64,000 bases of DNA from Eledone cirrhosa (taxonomy: Eukaryota), in the NCBI GenBank assembly GCA_964016885.1, contig OZ024741.1, positions 160,270,001 through 160,334,000 on the forward strand. The letters are read 5' to 3'. Made by a program: the position numbers and the translations under genes. Shown one piece after another: positions 42,035 through 55,694 of this stretch (its first letter is position 1; the number at the start of each line of letters is the position of its first letter). The notes under the pieces were generated by a model that was not told where the DNA came from, ran no database searches, and worked only from the letters and a program-made list of their open reading frames with translations.

Positions 42035-44328
42035 AACAATGACGTGCCAGCGTTGTATGGGCTTCGAAAAGCCCATAAAACGAGCAGTGACCCTGTCACA
42101 GGACCACCACCACGGCCAGTCTGTGGAGCTAACATTGCTAGTAACTACAGACTTTCCTACTTCCTCTCCCTGATCATACGCCCCATCATTGAAATGTCCC
42201 CAGATATATGTGACAGCACGGAGGACCTCCTCAGCAGAATCAGCGAGAGTAACCGATCTAGGGACCTAACAAACTGCATAATAGGTAGTATGGATGTTAT
42301 GTCTCTGTATCCATCTATTGACGTGGATTTTGCTGTGGAGAAATGCGTAGAAATGATCAGTGAGAGCAATGTTGAATTCCGTGGGATTGATACCAGTGAG
42401 TTGGGACTCCTACTTAAACCTACCTATAGTAATAATTATCTAGATACATATGGCCTTAGCAACCTGTGCCCTACAAGACCAGCAAGAGGCAGACTACCTC
42501 AATGGCCAATAAAACCCACACAGATAGATGGAACGGGTGGACCAGAACCATACGGACCCTCGAAAACCACGATGAACTAAAGAAAATGATTGCACATGCG
42601 GTGGGGAGCCAGCATAAAATTAACCTTTAAGAAACATATGTTCAAATTTAATGGAAAAACATATGCCCAAGAGGAGGGAGCAGCCATTGGAGTTAGCATT
42701 GCAGGCGACATAGCTAACCTATTCATGGTATGGTGGGACAGTAGACTTAAACTTAAACTTAAAGAACAATTAGAAGAGCCCTTAACTCTGATAATGTACT
42801 TCCGCTACGTTGATGATATAAACATCGTAGTAAAAACACCCCCACTAGAGAACAGTCAGGAATTAGAGAAAAACACAATGGAAAGCATCCAGCAAATAAC
42901 TAACTCCATCCACCAGAGTATTAGAGTTACTATAGACTACCCAAGTAAACACCCCAACCATCGATTACGTGTACTAGACACAGAGCTCTGGTTAGATACC
43001 ATTAATAACAAAAATCAAATCCTCCATTCCCATTATGCCAAACCCATGACTTCCAAATATCTGATCCACCGAAACTCAGCTGTTTCGGACCATACCAAAA
43101 CAAACATACTGATTGCGGATTTGGTACGGGTGATCAGAAACGTGTCCCGTATGTGCAACCCCAAAGAACTAGAGAGACACATACAACACTTCATTCACCG
43201 TTTGCAGTTCTCTGGTTACAATCAGAGAGATAAAATCAGAGTATATAGAGAAGCCAGAACCAAATAGGAAAAAATAGTAAATAATGACACAAATGGGACC
43301 TGCCCCTCGTATAGGAGCAAATTTTGGAATAGAATAGAAAGAACTAGGAATAAGGTTAATAGAATAAACTCATGGTATGATAGCAATAAATACCAGAGTG
43401 TAATGTTCATCGATACAACCCCTAGAGGTGAATTAGCTTACAAATTTAGAAGGGCCCTAGATAAACATAAACTCAATATTAAGATAGTAGAAAGACCAGG
43501 TACCTCCATAAAAACACTTATTAGCAATACATACCCTTTTCAGAAACATCCCTGTATAGATAAGAAATGTATAATCTGTAAATTAAGCCCCTATATTAAC
43601 TGTAAAACTAGAAATGTAGTATATAACATAAGATGTACTGAAGGACAATGTAGAGATAAGAATATAGTGTACATAGGTGAGACAGCTCGTAGTATAGGGG
43701 AACGGATAAATGAACACTGGCGAGACCTTCAAGATAGTAAAGAATCATCTGTACTCTACTAACATGCTAAAATAGAACAATAGGGTAAATTAGAGAACAT
43801 AGAAATAAAAATAGAATCTACACACAGAAAAGACGCAATGTTTAGACAAATCACAGAGGCAATAAACATAAATGAACTCCAACCAAAATTACATAGACAA
43901 CTTGAATGGAACAGCAACATCACAACTTACAATTAAGGACAAAATGAAAACACACACGCACATAGAACAAACAACCAACCAGTAACATGTAAATAAACAA
44001 ATAAATAAACAAATATAAACACACACAGACACACGGATGTAACACATGCGCAAACTAAGCACACAACACACACAAAAACAAGATGGCGTAGGATATAACA
44101 AAGGAGAGACACAAAAACAAAGAAAAGAATCCCCAGTCACTGAAGAGGTCACAGAATGTGTGACGAAAGAACTTTGACAATATATAAACAATCATCTGGT
44201 TGTGGAACCAACCAACCAACCGGAAATTTATAAATTCCTAAATTTATAAATTTATTATAATAAATTGAAGTGAACAACTGGTGCGTGTGTTTCTTATTGA
44301 CAACATGACCCTCCCAAAGTATAACAAT
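42035..44328 (+). mobile_element. Penelope-like element, 5'-truncated, frameshifted (RT + CCHH-type Zn finger + GIY-YIG), terminal HHR at 44136-44178
   Basis: PALYGLRKAHK, PRPVCGA, IIGSMDVMSLYPSI, YAQEEGAAIG, YFRYVDDI, LRVLDT, VVYNIRC...YIGETARSIGERINEH; both ends in (TA)n. Confidence 0.92.
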
Positions 44329-44345
44329 ATATATATATATATATA

Positions 44346-47300
44346 TGAATATAGACATAGAATATTCGAAAATATTCTGTATGTTTATAATAAACATTTT
44401 GAAGACCTAATCGCTATAGAATAGAATACGTCACGTATTACAATTAGATTCTCGATAAAAGCAAGGGAAGTAATCTACGCGTTTCATTCTCGTTAGAAAT
44501 CATCGGGACTACATATCCAGTGCTTTTATCGAGAATGACACAGCTAGAGACTTATAGAATACTTAGCTGTGTACAGGAACTGGTTTGAAAGAGCGGTTGC
44601 CGGTCCGGCAGAAATTAGAAATTGGAATAAATGCTCTGAAATAGCGATATATATGTGAATATAGACATAGAATATTCGAAAATATTCTGTATGTTTATAA
44701 TAAACATTTTGAAGACCTAATCGCTATAGAATAGAATACGTCACGTATTACAATTAGATTCTCGATAAAAGCAAGGGAAGTAATCTACGCGTTTCATTCT
44801 CGTTAGAAATCATCAGGACTACATATCCAGTGCTTTTATCGAGAATGACACAGCTAGAGACTTATAGAATACTTAGCTGTGTACAGGAACTGGTTTGAAA
44901 GAGCGGTTGCCGGTCCGGCAGAAATTAGAAATTGGAATAAATGCTCTGAAATAGCGATATATATGTGAATATAGACATAGAATATTCGAAAATATTCTGT
45001 ATGTTTATAATAAACATTTTGAAGACCTAATCGCTATAGAATAGAATACGTCACGTATTACAATTAGATTCTCGATAAAAGCAAGGGAAGTAATCTACGC
45101 GTTTCATTCTCGTTAGAAATCATCAGGACTACATATCCAGTGCTTTTATCGAGAATGACACAGCTAGAGACTTATAGAATACTTAGCTGTGTACAGGAAC
45201 TGGTTTGAAAGAGCGGTTGCCGGTCCGGCAGAAATTAGAAATTGGAATAAATGCTCTGAAATAGCGATATATATGTGAATATAGACATAGAATATTCGAA
45301 AATATTCTGTATGTTTATAATAAACATTTTGAAGACCTAATCGCTATAGAATAGAATACGTCACGTATTACAATTAGATTCTCGATAAAAGCAAGGGAAG
45401 TAATCTACGCGTTTCATTCTCGTTAGAAATCATCAGGACTACATATCCAGTGCTTTTATCGAGAATACGTATTCTATTCTATAGCGATTAGGTCTTCAAA
45501 ATGTTTATTATAAACATACAGAATATTTTCGAATATTCTATGTCTATATTCACATATATATCGCTATTTCAGAGCATTTATTCCAATTTCTAATTTCTGC
45601 CGGACCGGCAACCGCTCTTTCAAACCAGTTCCTGTACACAGCTAAGTATTCTATAAGTCTCTAGCTGTGTCATTCTCGATAAAAGCACTGGATATGTAGT
45701 CCTGATGATTTCTAACGAGAATGAAACGCGTAGATTACTTCCCTTGCTTTTATCGAGAATCTAATTGTAATACGTGACGTATTCTATTCTATAGCGATTA
45801 GGTCTTCAAAATGTTTATTATAAACATACAGAATATTTTCGAATATTCTATGTCTATATTCACATATATATCGCTATTTCAGAGCATTTATTCCAATTTC
45901 TAATTTCTGCCGGACCGGCAACCGCTCTTTCAAACCAGTTCCTGTACACAGCTAAGTATTCTATAAGTCTCTAGCTGTGTCATTCTCGATAAAAGCACTG
46001 GATATGTAGTCCTGATGATTTCTAACGAGAATGAAACGCGTAGATTACTTCCCTTGCTTTTATCGAGAATCTAATTGTAATACGTGACGTATTCTATTCT
46101 ATAGCGATTAGGTCTTCAAAATGTTTATTATAAACATACAGAATATTTTCGAATATTCTATGTCTATATTCACATATATATCGCTATTTCAGAGCATTTA
46201 TTCCAATTTCTAATTTTTCTGCCGGACCGGCAACCGCTCTTTCAAACCAGTTCCTGTACACAGCTAAGTATTCTATAAGTCTCTAGCTGTGTCATTCTCG
46301 ATAAAAGCACTGGATATGTAGTCCTGATGATTTCTAACGAGAATGAAACGCGTAGATTACTTCCCTTGCTTTTATCGAGAATCTAATTGTAATACGTGAC
46401 GTATTCTATTCTATAGCGATTAGGTCTTCAAAATGTTTATTATAAACATACAGAATATTTTCGAATATTCTATGTCTATATTCACATATATATCGCTATT
46501 TCAGAGCATTTATTCCAATTTCTAATTTCTGCCGGACCGGCAACCGCTCTTTCAAACCAGTTCCTGTACACAGCTAAGTATTCTATAAGTCTCTAGCTGT
46601 GTCATTCTCGATAAAAGCACTGGATATGTAGTCCTGATGATTTCTAACGAGAATGAAACGCGTAGATTACTTCCCTTGCTTTTATCGAGAATCTAATTGT
46701 AATACGTGACGTATTCTATTCTATAGCGATTAGGTCTTCAAAATGTTTATTATAAACATACAGAATATTTTCGAATATTCTATGTCTATATTCACATATA
46801 TATCGCTATTTCAGAGCATTTATTCCAATTTCTAATTTCTGCCGGACCGGCAACCGCTCTTTCAAACCAGTTCCTGTACACAGCTAAGTATTCTATAAGT
46901 CTCTAGCTGTGTCATTCTCGATAAAAGCACTGGATATGTAGTCCTGATGATTTCTAACGAGAATGAAACGCGTAGATTACTTCCCTTGCTTTTATCGAGA
47001 ATCTAATTGTAATACGTGACGTATTCTATTCTATAGCGATTAGGTCTTCAAAATGTTTATTATAAACATACAGAATATTTTCGAATATTCTATGTCTATA
47101 TTCACATATATATCGCTATTTCAGAGCATTTATTCCAATTTCTAATTTCTGCCGGACCGGCAACCGCTCTTTCAAACCAGTTCCTGTACACAGCTAAGTA
47201 TTCTATAAGTCTCTAGCTGTGTCATTCTCGATAAAAGCACTGGATATGTAGTCCTGATGATTTCTAACGAGAATGAAACGCGTAGATTACTTCCCTTGCT

Positions 47301-47753
47301 TTTATCGAGAATCTAATTGTAATACGTGACGTATTCTATTCTATAGCGATTAGGTCTTCAAAATGTTTATTATAAACATACAGAATATTTTCGAATATTC
47401 TATGTCTATATTCACATATATATCGCTATTTCAGAGCATTTATTCCAATTTCTAATTTCTGCCGGACCGGCAACCGCTCTTTCAAACCAGTTCCTGTACA
47501 CAGCTAAGTATTCTATAAGTCTCTAGCTGTGTCATTCTCGATAAAAGCACTGGATATGTAGTCCTGATGATTTCTAACGAGAATGAAACGCGTAGATTAC
47601 TTCCCTTGCTTTTATCGAGAATCTAATTGTAATACGTGACGTATTCTATTCTATAGCGATTAGGTCTTCAAAATGTTTATTATAAACATACAGAATATTT
47701 TCGAATATTCTATGTCTATATTCACATATATATCGCTATTTCAGAGCATTTAT

Positions 47754-47759
<6 letters not shown>
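44346..47759. repeat. Bipolar tandem array of 310-bp hammerhead-ribozyme units (non-LTR retrozyme-like)
   Basis: Period 310 (44347/44657/44967/45277; CTGATGA at 45702, 46012, 46324, 46634, 46944, 47254, 47564). ~3.6 units minus, ~7.4 units plus, switch at 45466. Flanked by (TA)n. Confidence 0.92.
45672..45760 (+). ncRNA. Type I hammerhead ribozyme with extended stem I (representative of 11 copies)
   Basis: ATTCTCGATAAAAGCA ctggatat GTAGTC-CTGATGA-tTTCT aacg AGAAt-GAAAC gc GTA-GATTAC ttccct TGCTTTTATCGAGAAT; predicted cleavage after GUA (45732). Confidence 0.85.
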
Positions 47760-47837
<78 letters not shown>

Positions 47838-48179
47838 ATAAGTGTGTGTATATGAGTATGTATGAATGTGTAATATATATATATATATGCATCTATGTAT
47901 GTATATATGAATGAATGGATATTCCAAGTTATAAGCCACAGTTATATCTGTTAACCTGTGTGTAAATATGTTGGTGTTTTGTATTTTCAGGATATTCTCT
48001 TTGTCTATTTGTATATCTATATGATATGACTATACTATGATATCTCTCCTTCTGTCTGGCCGTCTCTCTGTCTATTTATTAATTTACGCCTGTGTCTCTC
48101 TCTGTCTGTCTGTCTCTGTCTATTTATTAATTTACCCCTGTGTCTCTCTCTGTTTGTCTGTCTAACTGTATCCCTGTCT

Positions 48180-48365
48180 GTCTGTCTATCTGTGCGTCTG
48201 TCAGTACATCTGTGTGCCTGTCAGTGCATATGTGTGTCTGTCAGTACATACATGCGTCTGTCAGTACATCTGTGTGTCTGTCAGTATATCTGTGTGTCTG
48301 TCAGTATATCTGTGTGTCTGTCAGTATATCTGTGTGTCTGTCAGTACATCTGTGTGTCTGTCCGA
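48180..48365. repeat. 20-bp minisatellite (tgtgtgtctgtcagtayatc)n
   Basis: About 9 tandem units read directly. Confidence 0.85.
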
Positions 48366-48680
48366 CTGTCTATGCGGCCGTCTATCAATCAGCATGACTG
48401 CGCTCTACACCATTCTCGTCAATGTGCTATTATTTGTCTGTCTGTCAGCCTGTCTGCCTTACCGCCTGCCTGTTCGCCCTTCTGTCTGTCTGTCGGTGTG
48501 CTGACTCAACTGAAACTCACCAGCAATCCATGTAAAATGTGGTTCTCCCTAAGGGACCACTTCTCGTCTAATCAGACAAGTGACAGCCGAAAGGGGACGA
48601 AGCCAACGATAATTTGCACACCTAATGTATTGCCTTTGACGGGAGCGGTCGTTTGTCTTTCATTTCACATTACGTTTACA

Positions 48681-48737
<57 letters not shown>

Positions 48738-49700
48738 CACCTCGAGTGTTTACAGGCGCTCACAGCCCTCTACCAAGCGGAAACGGCAATCAGCGGAGAC
48801 TCCACTTCGACATTCTATAGGGGATTAGTGGAGGATAAGTGCGACAACGTTCTCGGGGAAACTCTAGGCATCGAGGAGGACGAACTGACCAGTCCGTTCG
48901 GGAGGACTTTCCGTCCAGGGCCTATGGATAACTTCCAGAGGTCTCTGGCCTGGCAGTGCTAACGAGGAGCTCTACCAGTTCGAGACAAAATCTACAGGCA
49001 CGGACGCCCTGGCAGAGATCCTGCCAAAAGGACATGTCCAAGATGCGAGCAGGACATCGAAACCGTTCTGCACGCAATAGTTCGGTGCCCAGGGGTGGCC
49101 GAGCCGTGGAATTGTGTCGAAGAGCTGCTGTCACGTGTGGGACGCATCCAGTTGTCAGCCGAGTCCATCGTGAGGATCACCCCGCCGCCTTCATTTAAGA
49201 ACGAAGGAGAAGCGGTTTTCCTCTGTCTGGTGGCTATGGAGAAAGAGGTAAATGGTGGACGAGGTTAAAAGGACTGAGGGCAAACACCTTTCTCTCCGGA
49301 CAACAACTTATCCCCTTCTTTAAGTATCACTTCAGAAGGAAGGTGAGAGTGGAGAGAGAGGTGCTACACCCCAGTAAATTCGCTGAAAGGTGGGTGTATG
49401 TGGCGAAAATGGCCCGAGTAAATGGGCCTTCTCTGTATATAAAACTGTAGGTTGAGGAAGATAAACAGAGGGAAGACAGGAACACCTACAAAACGTTTTC
49501 CTGGTGTTGAGGGCTGTTCTATCCACGGGGTGTAAAACAACCCTGCAGTAACATTCCCCCTACTGGGGATTTCAATTGTAATTTTATTATATATAGTTTA
49601 TTGTTATTTATTAATGTTAAAGTTATTTTTATGTAAAAACCCCGCCGCCACGTCTTGTAATGTCCCATTTTTGTACGCCCCTGTGGCAAATAAAGAAAGA
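48738..49700 (+). mobile_element. Tx1/L1-type LINE 3' fragment in (TATC)n
   Basis: HLECLQAL...GPMDNFQRSLAWQC homologous to ORF2 C-terminus; 3' UTR ends AATAAAGAAA then (TATC)n. Confidence 0.85.
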
Positions 49701-49718
49701 TATCTATCTATCTATCTA

Positions 49719-50436
49719 TGCTACCGAGGAACTCTACCAGTTCGAGACAAGCTCTACAGACACGGGCGCCCGGGCAGAGACCTTCGAAAAAGATCTGTCC
49801 GCGATGCGAGGAAACCATTGCGCACGCATTTGTACACTGCCCGGGCGTTACCGACCTGTGGGGCTATATAGAACGATTTTTGTCGCGGGTGGGACCAATC
49901 CAGTTGACCACCGAGTCCATTGTCATGATCAAACTGCCACGCTCCTTCAAAAACGAAGGAGAGGCGGTTTTCCTATGTATTATGGCTATGGTGAAAGAGG
50001 TTATATGGTGGACGAGGTTAAAAGGGCTGAGGCCAGACACCTTTCTCTCCGGCGAACAACTGATTCGTTTTTTCAAATATCATTTTGAAGAAGAATCAGG
50101 ATGGGGAGAGAGGTGCTGTACCCCAGCAAATTTTATAAAAGGTGGGTGACTGTGGCAAAGATGGCCCGAGTGGTTGGGCCTTCTCTCTATATAAGCCTGT
50201 AGGTTGAGGAAAAACAGGAAGAGGGGAGGGGAGTACTCACTCTTGGTGCTCCTGGAGATGAGGGTTGTACATTTTTTCGGGGTGTGTACAACCCCTAGTG
50301 TAACGCCTCCCCCCCTATTGGGGATTTCAATTGTTATTTGCTATTTTATTAATGGTTTTATTTTCATATACCTGTATGTAAACTCCCCATTTGTATTTGT
50401 CCCCTTCTTTTGCGCCCTTGCGGCTAATAAAGAAAT
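49719..50436 (+). mobile_element. Tx1/L1-type LINE 3' fragment, tandem to the previous one
   Basis: KKICPRCEETIAHAFVHCPG zinc knuckle; AATAAAGAAA end. Confidence 0.85.
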
Positions 50437-50510
50437 GTATCTATCTATCTCTTTAACTACACACACGCACACACATATATACATATATATATATTAATAT
50501 ATATATTATG

Positions 50511-50545
<35 letters not shown>

Positions 50546-51049
50546 GGGGGGGTGATATGTGAGATAGATAGATAGATAGATAAATAGATGCTGTTTTTAT
50601 TGCCCGAATATAGGTATAAAGCCATGGAGGATACTCGTTCGGACGTCACACATTTGCTCTTCTTTCCAGAAGTTATTTGTAGAAAGGAGTTTCTTACAGG
50701 CAGATAGCTGTTGCTAAACTACTGATAATGTAGTAGTTGCCAAGTGATCCTGATAATTATATTCGCAGCCGTACAGGCAACTCTGCGATTCACAGAGGAA
50801 AATAGAGAAACAATTTTTTTCGTTAACGGAAAAATATTCTTTTTTTATAGCGAGGCTACCTATATGTTTATTGTATATAAACATACACTATATATTTATA
50901 TATGTTTCCAGGGAACACATGCTAGCGTTGATTCAAATTGACAAAAATGGCCATGCCAGAAGCACTCAACCGGGGTGCTTTCATAGAGGAAACAAAGAGC
51001 GAGATGCAATAAAATAATAAATATATCGAACTAGAAGAAACAAAATAAT

Positions 51050-51267
51050 GGTTTCTTATGTAAGCACAAGGCCATCAATTTTGGGGGAAGGGGAAAGTCG
51101 ATTAAATCGACTCCAGTGCGTGACTGGTACTTTATTTTATCGACCACGTAAGGATGAAAGGTAAGTTAACCTCGGCGGGATTTGAACTCAGATCAAAAAA
51201 GGGTCGTAACTCAATGCTGCAAATCATGGCGTCTGACCCTCTACCGATACTGCCAATCCACCGCCCT
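51050..51267 (-). mobile_element. tRNA-derived SINE
   Basis: Reverse complement of the 9356 family. Confidence 0.85.
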
Positions 51268-52178
51268 AGAAGAAACAAAATAATAAAGTTCAACTTACAA
51301 TTTAAATGCAGGTTAGTCCCCTGGGAGTTAGAAATAATTATGAAACGAAACTTATGAAATTGAATGGACACCACTTCAGTCGTTTTCTCAGTCACTCAAT
51401 AATTTAATTAGATCTGTATTATTAAAATACAAACCCAACCTATTAGAGCGTACACTTAATGTTAATCAGTAAACGACTTCATGTCGGTAGGAAATTGGAG
51501 TTACCCAGACCTAGGCACCAGTTTCTAAGTTTTCGATCTGAACAGGGTAGTCAAAAGGAACAACCATGTGCTGAAATTAGGTAATGTAATACATACACGT
51601 GCGCGCACGCACACACACACACTCATACACACACACATACATACACACGGACACACTCATACACACACATACATATATACATACATACAAACGCACACAC
51701 ACACACACACACGCACACACACACACATATATATATATTATTTCTGAAGACGGCATATATGTGTGTTTGGTATGTATATTTAATCTTGATAGTTTGTATA
51801 ATTTTGTATAATTTTGTACATAGATCTGTTGAATATGCATGCCAATTCTAACACATATATATCCTAGAAACGATCGTTAAATAATGAACTTTTTTTGTTT
51901 AATATAAGGAACTGTTTCATTGTTTTATTCATTATTTGTTTAATATTTTATCTTGACTCTGTATTCCGTTTATCTTTCACCGAAAGTGATTTTTCATTAC
52001 ATCTCTTCTTTCCATGATATCCGGAATACATTGAGTTCTTCATACGGATTGGACACTACCGTAAACTCTTGGTAGATTTATCTACATATATATATATATA
52101 TATATCAAGCGTGAAACTAATAATAATAATATTTATACTGCCTCTTCGTTTTTCTGTTTTTTGTTCTCTGTTCACTTT

Positions 52179-52219
<41 letters not shown>

Positions 52220-52221
<2 letters not shown>

Positions 52222-52414
52222 CGAAGGAATTGTGATAAAGAACCAGATGGACCATAACGCACCAGAATACTCAATACTTAGGGTAGTAGAGTGGGTAATA
52301 GGAAAAAGTATGACCCCGACGGCAGAGCTCAAGCCGTTTCGTCGGCTATTTCTGGACTCCAGAAATAGCCGTCGAAACGGCTTGAGCTCTGCCGTCGGGG
52401 TCATACTTTTTCCT
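52220..52414. mobile_element. Short fold-back element in (TA)n (7515 family)
   Basis: Near-perfect hairpin 52299-52414 centred near 52356. Confidence 0.75.
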
Positions 52415-52769
52415 ATATATATATATGTATATATATAAAAGTTTGATTCCCGATTGGGACCGAGAAATGACCACTGTTGAATAAGGTACTTTAACTATCT
52501 ATTTAGACTAACTGAAAATAATTTTAAAACGAAATATTACCAACTTATCTATATCTTTGATAAATCCGAAAATATATATGACACATCCTCATACATGAAT
52601 GTTTTGCCCTTGAAAGAGAGAAATTCAGTCTGGTGGAATCTGAATTTTGTAAATCCAACAACTGTTTTCATTGACATATTACAGACGCAAGACACTGCCT
52701 ATGGTTTTTACATCATTTTGAAAGTATTCGAGAATTTGGAGAAATTTAGTAAAAATCTCGAAAGGAAAA

Positions 52770-53130
52770 GACTTTCAGCATTATCCGTCAAAGATGAAAG
52801 ACCTGATCTTGGATTACTACAATAAATTTTGGTTGGGGTGGCGGAGAAGAATAGTAATCTAGCCATTAACATGGTCAGAAAAGGGGGAATGCAGAAGTCT
52901 TGTGTCCAAGACGGATGTAAAGTAGACCTCGACCAGATGATCACAACAACACAGCTCCCAGGGTTTTTAGGTGGACCTTACAGTGCCTTGAGAAGTCAAA
53001 ACCCGAGAAAGCATAATGTCCAAGCCAGCCCATTCAAGAAATAGAAAGAGATCAAGGTATGGAAAGAAACGGAAAGAGATCAACAATTTCCATTTTCAAT
53101 ATCTAGAGTTGTCATTTTCCCCATTTCAAA
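52770..53130 (+). pseudogene. Decayed RT fragment of a Hero/NeSL-like (RLE-type) non-LTR element
   Basis: Pieces YPSKMKDLILDYYNKF, LAINMVRK, D.MITTT, KPAHSR resemble that RT family; recalled similarity only. Confidence 0.45.
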
Positions 53131-53252
53131 GGAACTACAGAGGAAGGTTTTTGACTCCACTATATATGTATGTATATATATAGAGAGAGAGAGAAAATTG
53201 CGTATTCGGACAATTGTTTTTTTTTTGGTACAATCTCATTTCTCTCTCTCTA

Positions 53253-53530
<278 letters not shown>

Positions 53531-53989
53531 TATATATATATATATATATATATAAATACACACATATGCATGTATGTATATGAATGTGTGTCCGTATGTT
53601 CGTGTTTGTATATATTCATCCATCTATCTATCTTTCTATCACCACCCAACACCCCCACCTACCTTACCTTCCAGTGATCAATTTTTAATTATTGGTCTAT
53701 TTCTGTGGCAAAGACGTTTTCTGACACAAGTACGCGTGAGTGCACATAAACACACACACACACACACACAAGCACACACAAGCACACACGCACATACATA
53801 CACAGGTGCAAAAACACATATGCATGCGTGCGTATACGTACGCATGTGAATGCACACACGCACACGCACATACACGTGGACACGCAAGAACAAACATACA
53901 TGCACGTGCGTGCACAAGTAAGCATGCATGCATGCACACTCGCACACATTTTATAGGAAATACATACCAGAATTTTTAGCATTCTATAA

Positions 53990-54023
<34 letters not shown>

Positions 54024-54255
54024 GGTGGTGGCAGTGGTGTGGTGGCGGTGAAGGTGGTGAAAATCAGGAACATGATGATGATGATGATGATGATGAGTAT
54101 AATGATGGTGATGATGATGTTGATGATAAATGCTACGAGACAGAACAAAAAAAATGATGCTACACACGATACTAATTAATTAATATGATTTAATTAAATA
54201 TGTATAAGGATATATACATATGAAAATATATATGTATATACATACATATATATAC

Positions 54256-54317
<62 letters not shown>

Positions 54318-55109
54318 TCACACACACATATATACATATATATATATGCACACACATATATACATATATATATGTATATACATATATATATATATATGTA
54401 TATATATATAAGTATATGTGTATGTATATATGTGTGTGTGTGTGTATGTGCGCGCGTCTGTGTGCGCGCGTGTGTGTGTGTGTGTGTGTGTGTGCTTGTG
54501 TGTGCTTATATACGTACAAAATCTCACATAAGTTTTATAGTGTTTTGAATAACATCGATTAACCGAGATTATCCAGTTTAATTAGAAGTGAAAATCTTCA
54601 TTCTAGAAATCTAAAGGCAATAGACAGGGGAGATAACTGCAATAGCATTACCTAATCTAAATTTTGTTGAGGTAGGGGAATTACGCCAACACATTTTGTG
54701 ATGGCTTTTGTCTTTAAACTCAACTGGTAAAAGATACAGACATAATCAGTACCACTACATTCTCTCTTTCTATATATACAGATTACGTCTCCGCTTGGAA
54801 TGAATATACTCCGCTGATGAGATCCAACACGTCCGAAACACACTCTTTAATTTCATTAAAATTGCCATTAATGACCGAATCCGTTTCTATCCTATCAGCA
54901 TTGTCTTTATTTTCTTTTAAAAAATTGGATTAGATCATATTGAATTTGTCACAGTATTTTAGATGTTAACCACTCCTTCCGGGAAAATTCGTCTTTTAGT
55001 GCAAGGATAATTTAAGGGTTTCATTTTACTTTTCTACAATATTACATATTTGAGTCTCTCTCTCTCTTACTCTCTCTCTCTCTCCCCTTCTCTCCCTCTC
55101 TCTCTCCCC

Positions 55110-55181
<72 letters not shown>

Positions 55182-55187
55182 TCTCTC

Positions 55188-55242
<55 letters not shown>

Positions 55243-55336
55243 CTCTCTTTCTCGCTCTCTCTTACTCGGTATATATATATATACATATATATATAAATAT
55301 ACATATACATGTATATATATATATATATCTTCTTTA

Positions 55337-55422
<86 letters not shown>

Positions 55423-55694
55423 ATGTATGTATAAACATATATATATAATATATATACATTATTTATTTATGTATGTGTACCATGCATATATTTATTACGA
55501 TATATATACACATATTCATTTATTCAGATATGCACGAATGTATGCCTATATGACTTATACACAATGGCGTCGGTCAAAAGTGGTTTCGTTTTAATTAAAG
55601 ACCAGAGGATATTGTAAATTAAAGAAATAATAGTTGTTTCCGGATATAAAGTTTGGTCTTACATAAATGTTTCCATTGCTTTTCCTCGTCGTTT

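Noticed and set aside
44346-47759. CRISPR array or ordinary satellite interpretation
   Set aside because: No unique spacers and eukaryotic context; the ribozyme fold, polarity switch and (TA)n flanks are not explained by a plain satellite
54810-54850. CTGATGA...GAAAC hammerhead-like string
   Set aside because: Stems I and III do not pair
54640-55020. Possible host exon in unique sequence (donor-like site at ~54650; also 50620-51000 and 30230-30420)
   Set aside because: No convincing open frame with acceptor and donor, and no recognisable protein similarity
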